A stretch of 64,000 nt of DNA, taken from IMG/VR virus record IMGVR_UViG_3300044716_000068; one strand, given 5' to 3'. The notes under the pieces were generated by a model. That model was not told the origin of the DNA. It saw only the letters and a program-made list of their open reading frames with translations, and did not search any database. The position numbers and the translations under genes are program-made. Source of the stretch: a virus. Shown here piece after piece: positions 1-10,900 of this stretch; positions within the stretch are counted from its first letter, which is position 1; each line of letters begins with the position of its first letter.

Positions 1-656
1 GTAACTTGTTCTATATTGTCCCAATCATGTTGGTAATATGGTATGCCTAAGTATTGATATATCCTTGTCATCTCTGTATCAGGATAGAGACACAGGTCTT
101 CAAACCTAACAAATAACATATGCTTGTCTATTCCTAATCTATATAACTCTTGAAGTCTTTCAATAGCAAGACCAACAGGTTGACTCTGTGCCCAGATGTC
201 TATACGTTTAGGAACTGTTGTTCCTTGCATCTGTGCCCAATTGAGAATAGCATTAGCCTTATCAGGATTCTTTCTATAGTTGTTTTCCATAGAAGCAAAG
301 ATATCTCTAAGGTCCCTGACCATGCATATAATCTTTGGCTCTGGATGGATGAAGTTTAGGAAGTCATAGTGAATTCCCCATCCTCTAGATTTGTCTACAA
401 CATATTTCTTATCTGTAATAGCATTGTAATAAGCAATCATTCCTTCTTTACAGAATGCTTGGAATGCAGCTTTCATCACCTGTGGGTCTTGGGCTTGGAA
501 CTCTGGGCTGTCTGTGTAATTACCTCTAGCAGCAAACACCAATTCAAGAACACCACTAGTTGGTGTAGCATATACGTCTGGGTTTTGTGCTAATATGTTT
601 TGTAACAATGTTGAACCTGCTCTTGGTAATGAGCTTTGATAGAATATATTTTCCAT
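1..656 (-). CDS. sulfotransferase family protein (N-terminal ~218 aa; C-terminus lies beyond the left window edge)
   Basis: Manual translation of the minus strand is open from the ATG at 656-654 to position 1: MENIFYQSSLPRAGSTLLQNILAQNP...VRDLRDIFASM...FVRFEDLCLYPDTEMTRIYQYLGIPYYQHDW. PRAGSTLL matches the PAPS 5-prime-phosphosulfate binding loop (P-K/R-x-G-T/S-T-x-L). RDLRD matches the 3-prime-phosphate binding RDPRD-type motif. VRFEDL...LGIPY is the conserved C-terminal segment of Stf0/Sulfotransfer_3-like enzymes. The ORF is absent from the supplied track because it is truncated by the window edge. Confidence 0.75.
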   Translation of the reverse strand, partial: MENIFYQSSLPRAGSTLLQNILAQNPDVYATPTSGVLELVFAARGNYTDSPEFQAQDPQVMKAAFQAFCKEGMIAYYNAITDKKYVVDKSRGWGIHYDFLNFIHPEPKIICMVRDLRDIFASMENNYRKNPDKANAILNWAQMQGTTVPKRIDIWAQSQPVGLAIERLQELYRLGIDKHMLFVRFEDLCLYPDTEMTRIYQYLGIPYYQHDWDNIEQV

Positions 657-657
657 A

Positions 658-1533
658 TTAAGATTTTAAAGATGCAATAACTTGATCTACGTTAAATATT
701 TCTGTTTCATTGTTATATGGAAACTCTAATAGGTTTCCAGAGATGTCAAACTTCTGCAAGTATGCATTACGTAATTCAGGTTTCTTAGTGAATGGATTAC
801 ATACAATGTTATCATGTACATGATGTCCAAACACTACAGGTTTGTTACACACCCAAAGGACTGTAGAAGGTTTATTCATAGCAGCAGCTGCGTGATGGCC
901 AAAACTATCCATAAACAATCTCTTACTACTAAGTTCTATAAGAACAGCCAAAGCTCTGAAGTTGTCTGTAACAGGAGTGGTGAAGTCATAACCAATTTGA
1001 TCTTCTCTTCTTATGTGTACAATGTTATATTCATTTTTAAACTCCTCAATAACAGGACCTATAACACATGTAGGAATGTCTCTAGCCCATGAGTATTTCA
1101 ACTCTTGTCCTGGAGCACCACCATTTGTTTGTAATAATAAAATAGGTTTATCAGACGTAAACTTCTGACCAAAGAATTTACGTTCTCTATCTGTAAGATA
1201 GAGCTTAGGTATACTACTCTCAGGAGCGTCAATGCCAAACATCTTTGTCCATGTGAGACTCAAATGTTCATTCTGCATAAGATGTTCTGTCTGTATATAT
1301 GGATCATGTCCAAACACTTTAAACTCTTTACCCTCTATAAAATCTTCATAGAAGTATTGTGTCATACCAAAAGAAAATGAGCGATACACAAAGGGGTTGT
1401 TTATAAACACCTCTGGGTAACCGCTCATTACAATTAATTGACTATCAGGATATTGTGTACGAATTGCTTCACATACAGATGTGGCAAGTATACACTTACC
1501 TATACCACCATTGATTTGAAAAATGATATTCAT
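658..1533 (-). CDS. glycosyltransferase family 9-like (heptosyltransferase-like)
   Basis: 291 aa. The N-terminal NGGIGKCILATSVCEAIRTQYPDSQLIVMSGYPEVFINNPFV parallels the GT9 LGDxxxxTPxxxALRxxYPxAxIxxL...P.VD motif. The C-terminal MDSFGHHAAAAMNKPSTVLW parallels the GT9 NDSGPMHLAAALGTPTVALFG motif. The gene is 1 nt upstream of the sulfotransferase start. Confidence 0.65.
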   Translation of the reverse strand: MNIIFQINGGIGKCILATSVCEAIRTQYPDSQLIVMSGYPEVFINNPFVYRSFSFGMTQYFYEDFIEGKEFKVFGHDPYIQTEHLMQNEHLSLTWTKMFGIDAPESSIPKLYLTDRERKFFGQKFTSDKPILLLQTNGGAPGQELKYSWARDIPTCVIGPVIEEFKNEYNIVHIRREDQIGYDFTTPVTDNFRALAVLIELSSKRLFMDSFGHHAAAAMNKPSTVLWVCNKPVVFGHHVHDNIVCNPFTKKPELRNAYLQKFDISGNLLEFPYNNETEIFNVDQVIASLKS

Positions 1534-1591
1534 AATTTAGCTTTATAAGCAAAGGTATACATTGCTTATAATAAAACCAAATTATTTAATA

Positions 1592-1972
1592 TTATTTTGC
1601 TGTAGTGGTAGTAGTGGTAGTTGTAGCAGGAGCACTAGTTGTGCTAGTGGTAGTTGTAGTTGTTGAATCTACAAACACTGCTGCAGCTAATGCGTCTAAT
1701 AAAGCTTGATCAAGATTAGCAGCTTCCACTCTAAATGATTGTGCATCTGGGCTATTAGGTAACCAGTCACTAAATAAACCATTGAAGTTGTTAATAGCAT
1801 GATAGGTCTTTGGACCTGTGTAGCCTACTGGCTTACCTGCCCATACGTTGTCTATCACTGCTTGTGCTTCTACTTGTACATCTGCAATAGGTGCCTGTAC
1901 GTTTTGTGTGTCAGAAATTACCTGCACTGTACCAAAACCAAAAATGTGGATTGTATTCCATGCGTTTGCCAT
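1592..1972 (-). CDS. small hypothetical protein with C-terminal poly-Thr/Ser tail
   Basis: 126 aa ending ...DSTTTTTTSTTSAPATTTTTTTTAK. It lies between the mega-fibre and the GT9 gene, with no recognisable domain. Confidence 0.45.
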   Translation of the reverse strand: MANAWNTIHIFGFGTVQVISDTQNVQAPIADVQVEAQAVIDNVWAGKPVGYTGPKTYHAINNFNGLFSDWLPNSPDAQSFRVEAANLDQALLDALAAAVFVDSTTTTTTSTTSAPATTTTTTTTAK

Positions 1973-1992
1973 AGTTGTTATTTTTTGTAAAG

Positions 1993-4900
1993 TTAAATTA
2001 AATTATTGTTTTTCAAAATATTTTTTATCATTTTTATTTCATCCTTCAGATTATCATTCTCAGCTTTAAGTTCTTTGAAAGCGTTTACATAAGAAGCATA
2101 TATGGCATCCTTCTCAAATTGTAGGATTGGACTACCACCTTGTTCAACTATCACCTCAAGACCATTCTCATCCACTCTAGATAGTGGGTTTGTTTCCACT
2201 ACACAAGACATTACTTGTTGTACTTCCTGTGCTATGAAACCATATTTCTTATGGCATGATGTATCACCATTCCAGCAATAGCTTACAGGTCTTAATTTAA
2301 CAATATCATCTAGACCAAAGCAAGTATCTTGAATAGTATTCTTTCTTCTACAGTCAGAGATACCACCACCCCATTGACATAAGTTATTTACAAATGTGTA
2401 GTTGTTTGCCACACCTGGAATACAAGAACCAATAATGTGAGAGTTAGTTGTGCTATTACTACAGTTGTATGTACCACCTAAAATTGTTGACCAAGGAGAG
2501 AAACAGTTTACACAATTGCAATAACCACCAACTATAATTGAACAATCAGAACCTACAAAGTTAGTAGAACCACCTCCTGCAACTGAATGTGCTCCAAATG
2601 CATTATTAACAAATCCACCTCCTGCTACTGAATAATTACCATTTCCACCATTACCATATCCTCCACTCACTGTTGAACCAACACCACTTCCAATATTTGC
2701 ATAACCACCACCTATTGATGTGCATGCACCTGAGCCAACGTTACCATCACCCCCTGCCACTGTAGCACAAGCTCCTACAACATTATTACCTCTACCACCT
2801 CCAATTGTAGAAAAAACTCCTGATACAATATTACCACAACCACCACCAATTGCTGAATGAAGTCCTGATGCACAGTTACTTGTTCCTCCACCAACAAATG
2901 AACGACCACCTGTTGCTCTATTTACATAGCCACCTGAAACTGTAGAATAAGCTCCTGATGAACTATTATTGTAACCTCCTCCAACAAAAGCTCTTGGGCT
3001 TGTGGCACAGTTATCACTACCTCCTACTGTTGTAGACCAAACACCTGATGAAATGTTTGCTTGACCACCTCCAACAAATGAACAAGCTCCTGTAGCTGTG
3101 TTTGATATACCACCTCCTACTGTTGAGCGATAAGCTGATGCTGTATTAGAACTACCTCCTCCAACAACACTTGAATAACTACTTGATATATTAGAATTAC
3201 CTCCTCCAATAAAAGCAAAATAACAAGATGAAGTATTATTACTACCGCCTACTACAGAACTTCTATAGAAATTAGCAGTATTTGTGTAACCTCCTCCTAC
3301 AAATGACCAACCTCCTGATGCAACGTTATATCTTCCACTAAATGTTCCTGAACAACCTCCTGATGCAGTGTTTTGTAATGCACCACCTACAACAGAATGT
3401 CCTGATGATGCTATATTTAATTGTCCACCACTAACAGTAGCGTGTCCTACTGATGCTGTATTAGCGTTACCTCCTCCTATTGTAGCACAGTTTCCTGATG
3501 CATTGTTACCACATCCACCTGCCACTACACTTGCTGAAGCTGAAACTGTATTCCCCAATCCACCACCTATAGTTGCGTATGAGCCATAAGCACTACTTAC
3601 TGTATTTGACCTACCACCTCCTATTGTTGCATCTGTAGCTTGTATTAAGTTAGAATAACCACCTGAAATAGTAGAACTATTTTGACAAGTTCTATTATTA
3701 TATCCACCACCTGTTGTTGAATATGCTCCTGTAGCTACGTTACTTGAACCTCCTCCAACAACAGAACGATATCCTGATGATGTATTACTTGCTCCGCCAC
3801 TTACTACTGAAGCGTTTCCTGATGCTATATTATTTCCACCTGCACCAATAAAAGCACATCCTCCTGATGCTGAATTACTTATTCCACCTGCAACTGTTGT
3901 ATAATTTGAAGAAGAAGTATTTATTTTACCTCCTCCTACTGTTGAGCCTGAGTTTGTTGAAGCATTATTTCTACCACCACTCACTGTAGAATAATAAGAA
4001 GAGGCTGTGCCACCTGTACCACCTGCAATTGTTATACCATAAGCACCATTTATTAAGTTAGCACTCCCACCACCAATAACTGAATAAACTCCTAAATTAT
4101 TTCCTGTTCCACATATACAGTTAGAATTACCACCACCTATAAATCCAAATGAACCTATCACAACTTTATTAAGATTACCTCCTGCAACTGTAGAACAATT
4201 TGCAGAAGATAAATTAGATGCACCACCTCCAACATTAGATTCATTTCCTGAAGCTGTGTTAAAACTACCTCCACCTACTCTTGCATATCCTGCTGTTGCA
4301 GTATTACCTATACCACCTCCAATACTTGAATATACTGCATTAGCTGTATTATTTAATCCTCCTAATACTGATGCCCAATCTGCTATTGCTCTACTATTAT
4401 GACCACCAACCGCAGTTGAACGAGTACCTGTTGCACAGTTAAAAACACCCCCTCCAACAAAAGAATGAACTCCTGTTGACTGATTACCTTCTCCACCTAC
4501 AACAATTGAATAATTATTACTTGCAGTGTGAGCACATCCCCCACCAATAAAAGAACAATTACCTGAAGCTATATTACCTTGACCACCACCTAATGTAGAA
4601 CGAGTACCTGAAGCTGTGTTACTTAACCCTCCTCCTATATGTGAATTAGTTCCTGAAGCTGTATTTGTTCTACCACCTCCCACAGAACTATCAGTACCTG
4701 AAGCTGAACTATTAAATCCTCCTGCTACAACAGACATATAACCACTTGCAGAGTTAGCTGCACCACCACCAATAAATGTATAAGTATTACTTGTAGCATT
4801 TTGATTACCACCTGCTATTGTTGAACTTGTACAGTTAGCTGTATTTCCTGAACCGCCTCCAACAATAGAACAAGCACCTGTAGCCCTATTCTGAAGCCCT

Positions 4901-7900
4901 CCTCCTATTGTAGATAATAGACCTGCTGCATAGAAAGTAGTTGGTGCCACAGAAAAATATCCTGCTATATTCCAAGTACCACCTGATGTATTATTACCAA
5001 CCCCACCTGCAATTGTTGAACCTGAACTTGCATTAGCAGCAGAACACATCCAATTACAAATACCACCACCTATTGTTCCATTAGATGCAAGCATATAGTT
5101 TCTATAACCTCCACTAATTGTTCCTGCATAACTACTTGTAGCAATTGAATTTATATAACCACCACCTACTGTTGAATAGTTATGAGATGCTGTATTAGTA
5201 TATCCTCCTCCAACTGTTGAATACACTGCTGTAGTACAGTTTCCTTGACCACCTCCAATAAAGGAACAAGCTCCTGATGCAATGTTTGCTCTACCACCAC
5301 CTACAAAAGAGTGAACTGCTGATGCTTGATTTGATTCCCCACCTGATACTGTTGAGTGTGAAAATGTAGCTACATTATATTTACCACCTGATACTGTTGA
5401 CCAAGTTGCTGATGCAGAATTACCATAACCTCCTGATACCGTAGCATATGAATTTGTTGCACCATTTGATAGACCACCTGCTACAACAGAATCATATCCT
5501 GAAGCAGTGTTTGATATACCTGCACCTACAAATGCTTGAGAACCTGATGCTGTATTTGAATTACCACCTAAAACAGCTGCGTTTGTACCTGATGCTGCAT
5601 TTGTAGTACCACCGCCAACAGTAGAACAAGCTCCTGAAGCTGTGTTTGAAATACCTCCTGAAATAGTAGTTCCTCCATTGTTAGCAGTGTGACTAAAACC
5701 ACCTGCAATTACAGAACAGTTACCTGATGCTGTGTTTAAACATCCACCTCCTGCAGAAGAAAATGTTCCTGTAGCTTTTACATATTGTCCACCAACTACA
5801 CTACTATGACTTCCTGTTGCACAGTTAAAAAGACCTCCTCCTACAAATGCTCTTGTATTTACTGCTTGGTTTAATTCTCCTCCTACCACTACACTATAAC
5901 CACTACCTGAAACATTCGCACAACCTCCTCCTACAAATGCACAATTACCATTAGCAGTGTTTGCTCTACCTCCTGATACTGTTGAATGAGCTGCTGAAGC
6001 AAGATTGGCTTGACCTCCTCCTACTGTAGAAAAACCACCACTTGATGTATTACTAAATCCACCTGCTATTGTTGAATAGCACGCAGATACTGTATTAATA
6101 TAACCACCTGCTATTGTAGCCAAGTAACCACTAGCTGAGTTTCCTCTACCACCACCTACTGTTGATTGTCCATTAGAAGATGTGTTACTAGCTCCCCCAC
6201 CTACTACTGAACAGTTTCCTGATGCAGTATTACCAAATCCTCCTCCTATAAAACCACGATAACCTGATGCTGTATTACTAGCTCCACCTGCAACTATAGA
6301 ATCTGCACCATTTGATACATTGCTTCTACCTCCTCCTATAAATGACCAAGTACCTGATGCTGTGTTAAGACAACCACCAACTATTGTAGCAAAAGTATTA
6401 GTAGCTCTATTTTGAAATCCTCCTCCTATAAAACTAAAATCACCTGCTGTGCATATTGTAGGGGCAACATTAAATCTTTGACCATTCCAAGTACCACCTG
6501 TTGTATTACCACCTACACCACCTGCTATTGTTACAGCACAAACTTTTGCACCACAAATATAGTTTGAACTACCCCCACCAATAGCTGCAAACCCATTACC
6601 AAATGCAGTAGATACACTACAAATAAAATTTTGATAGCCTCCTGATATTGTAGAATAACTTGCAGAGTTAGTATTAAAATACCCACTCAATATAGATGCA
6701 TAAGGTTTAGGGGCACTATTACCAAATCCACCACCAATTATTGATAAGTCACCTGATGCTATATTGCATCCGCCTCCTAAAACAACAGAACAAGCATTTG
6801 AGGCTGTGTTATTTGCACCACCTCCAACAATTGAATGTCCACCTGATGCTGTGTTTGAGTTTCCACTACCAATAAAAGAACGACTTCCTGACGCTATATT
6901 TCCTAAACCACCTCCTATTGTTCCTTGATAACCACTTGATGTATTTGCTCTACCACTTCCTACAAAAGAATATCCTGATGAAGCTGTATTACCACAACCT
7001 CCTGCTACTGCTGCTCTATAAGATGACGCTGTATTATTTTGACCTCCTCCTATAAATGAATGTGCACCACTAGCATTATTGCTTTGACCTCCACCAATAG
7101 CAGCACAAGCTCCTGAAGAACTATTTAATTTACCACTACCTATAAAGGAATGACTTCCTAATGAAACGTTATTACACCCACTAGCAATACCTGACATATC
7201 TCCTGTAGCACAGTTTTGCAATCCTGCACCAACAAAAGCTCTTGCATTTGTTGCAAGGTTTAATTCACCACCTGCTACAACTGAATATACACCACTAGCT
7301 GTATTTGCACATCCTGCTCCTGCAAAAGAACAAGCACCTGAAGATGTGTTAGCTCTACCTCCTGCAACACTTGCAAAAGCACCTGAAGCAACGTTATTAA
7401 AACCACCACCTATAGATGAGTAGTTACCTGAAGCAGTTCCATTATAACCACCTGCTACAACAGACGCATTACCTGTTGCTTTGTTTACATTACCACCACC
7501 TACAGTAGATTGATTAGCTATAGCACAGTTTTTATATCCACCTGAAGCAGTTGAATGTTCTCCTGCTGCTCTGTTTTGGAAACCACCTCCTATGAAGCTA
7601 TATTGACCTGCAACACATTTAGTTGGAGCCACTGTAAAATCACAAGCTGCTAAAGACCAAGTACCACTTGTAGTGTTGTTACCAATACCACCTGCTATGG
7701 TAGCACCAAGAACTAAACAAGATGATGTAGGGCTGCAAATTATATTACAAAGTCCTGCTCCTACAAATGAATAAATACCACCTGCATAGTTTACACCACC
7801 ACCAACTATTGTTGATTCTATGGCTGATGCTACGTTTGCATATCCTCCACCTATAAACGAATAACATCCTGATACAGTATGACCTCTACCGCCACCAAGG

Positions 7901-10900
7901 AATGACATACAGTTGCTCACTGTATTAGAAAATCCACCTACCGCTGAAGAATATCTTGAAGATGCAGTGTTACCATATCCACTTCCTATGAATGAACTAG
8001 TCGCTGTAACTGTATTCCTATCTCCACCTGCTATTGTTGCAAAGTTTCCACAAGCTACGTTTGTGCATCCACCTCCTACAGCAGCATATACTGCTGAAGC
8101 AACATTACCTTGACCTCCACCTATAAAACTACAAGCTCCTGATGCTGTGTTTGATATACCTCCTGCAACTGTTGAGTTTGCTCCTGAAGCACAGTTACTT
8201 GTTCCTCCTCCTATAGTGGAACGATTACCTGATGCTCTATTTATGTAACCACCTGATATTGTAGAATATGTATTTGAAGCACTATTATTATAACCTCCAC
8301 CTACAAACGCTCTTGGACTTATAGCACAGTTATCACTACCTCCTACAACTGCAGACCAAGCACCTGTTGCAGTATTTGCTTGACCACCTCCTACTGTTGA
8401 ACAGTTACCTGATGCAGTGTTACCTTGACCACCTCCAATAAATGACATATTTGCTGAAGCTGAATTACCACTACCCCCTCCAATAAAAGAATTTGAATTT
8501 TGTGTTGTATTAGAAAGACCTCCTGCTATAGCAGAATATGTACCCACTGAAGCATTAGCTGAACCACTTAAAGAACCACTATATGCTCCTGAAGAAGTAT
8601 TTGTTACACCACATCTTACTGAAGAACACAATCCTGCTCCAAGCACAATAACAGCACTAGAACCAACATTTATACCTGAGCTTCCTGAACTACCACTTGT
8701 ACCTGACGTACCACTGGTGCCAGAAGTTCCACTTGTTCCTGAGCTACCACTGGTTCCTGTTGTACCACTAGACCCACTAGAGCCTGTTGTACCAGAGGTT
8801 CCTGTTGTACCAGACGTACCACTGGTAGCTGATGTACCACTAGAGCCTGAAGTACCTGTGGTACCTGACGTACCACCTGTACCATTGGTTCCACTTGTAC
8901 CACTTGTACCTGTAGTTCCAGCTGTACCTGAGGTGCCATTAGATCCATTAAGACCTGATGTTCCTGAGGTACCTGTAGAACCTGAGGTTCCTGATGTGCC
9001 ATTGACACCACTACTGCCTGAGGAACCAGATGTTCCTGAAGATCCAGAAGTACCTGTGGTTCCAGAGGTTCCACTTGTACCACCTGTTCCATTAGTGCCA
9101 GACGTGCCACTAGAACCTGCTGAGCCACTAGAGCCAGAAGTTCCTGTTGTGCCACTTGTTCCACTTGTTGCAGACGTACCACTAGATCCACTTGTACCTG
9201 TAGTACCACTAGTTCCAGAAGAGCCAGTCGTACCACTAGTACCACTTGTTCCTCCTGTTCCATTAGTTCCACTTGTACCTGATGTTCCTGTGGTACCAGA
9301 TGTACCATTTATTCCTGAAGATCCTGAAGATCCTGATGTTCCTGTTGTTCCTGAAGTACCTGAGGTTCCTCCAGATCCATTGGTACCTGACGTACCACTA
9401 GTTCCTGTAGTTCCACTTGTTCCTGTTGTACCGCTACTACCACTGCTGCCAGAAGTGCCAGAAGTACCTGAAGAACCATCACCTCCTGATGCACCATCAA
9501 GATTTACTATCCATGATGTATAAGTACCACTACCTACTGTTCTAGTAGGTGCTGCGAATGATAAAGATCCTGTTGCTGGGTTATATGAAATTACCTCACA
9601 CTCTTGGAAGTTGTTTGCATCATAAACCACAATGATTGATTGGGCCACTGTATAAGCCAATCCTAATCCTACAATGATTGTCCCAGCATTGCCTAATGTA
9701 AAAGTAGAAGATGATGTTGTTGCATATCTATCTCCTTGTAATCCTGAGGTACCACTCGTACCACTTGTCCCAGTTGTTCCTGATGTACCAGCTGTACCAC
9801 TAGAGCCTGCACTACCACTAGAACCACTTGTTCCTGTTGTTCCACTTGTTCCAGAAGTTCCTGTAGTTCCAGAAGTTCCTGTAGTACCACTAGATCCTGA
9901 GGTGCCTGTAGTGCCACTTGTTCCACTAGTACCTCCAGTACCATCTGTTGCAGATGTTCCTGAACTTCCTGATGTTCCAGAAGTACCACTAGTACCTGTA
10001 GTGCCTGATGTACCAGCACTACCACTTGTTCCACTAGTTCCACTTGTTCCTGTTGTACCTGAAGAGCCAGAAGACCCTGTTGTTCCTGAGGTGCCAGAAG
10101 TACCTCCTGTACCATCAGTTCCACTTGTTCCACTGGTTCCTGCAGTACCAGATGTTCCAGATGTTCCAGAAGTTCCACTTGTTCCTCCTGTACCATCAGT
10201 ACCTGAAGTTCCACTTGTACCACTTGAACCTGCTGTTCCACTAGATCCTGCTGTTCCACTAGTACCACTAGTACCAGTTGTACCAGAGGTTCCCCCTGTT
10301 CCATCTGTACCACTAGTTCCTGACGTTCCTGTTGTACCTGCTGTACCACTTGATCCTGAGGTTCCTGAACTGCCACTGGTTCCTGTAGTACCTGAAGTGC
10401 CACTGGTACCTGCTGTACCTGATGTACCTGTTGTACCAGCAGTTCCTGAACTGCCAGATGTACCAGAGCTACCTGAAGTTCCTGTGGTTCCACTTGTACC
10501 AGATGTGCCATCTGTACCTGAAGTACCTGATGTAGCACTTGTACCTGATGAACCTGAGCTTCCAGAAGTACCTGTTGTACCACTTGTGCCAGTTGTACCA
10601 CTAGTCCCTGATGTACCATCAGTACCACTTGTTGCAGAAGTACCATCTGTTCCACTTGTACCAGATGTACCAGTAGTTCCAGAAGTGCCAGAGGTTCCTG
10701 AAGTACCATCAATACCTGAAGTACCAGAGGTACCACCTGTAGCTGTGAAGTTTGCAATAGTACCATCACCTCGTATATATTGAGCTGCTGATCCTGTTGC
10801 TACAACGTTTATAGTTCCTGAAGAAGTTATAGGGGGTGTTGTAATGCTGAATGCTGGAGGCATGGCAAGTTGTACACTTGTCACTGTTCCTACAGACCAA

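Noticed and set aside
150-1092. Plus-strand ORFs 150..359, 369..593 and 814..1092
   Set aside because: They are embedded antisense within the sulfotransferase and GT9 coding regions, which have clear conserved motifs. Cys-rich odd composition.
8670-10783. Long ORFs on both strands (8717..9523+, 9674..10783+, 8670..9308-, 9693..10769-, 10044..10244+) encoding PEVPLVP-like or QEQVEL-like low-complexity proteins
   Set aside because: They are frame-shifted or mirror readings of the 9-bp periodic collagen-like repeats of the 3242-aa fibre ORF. Only the Gly-X-Y frame continues across the full gene and has coding context.
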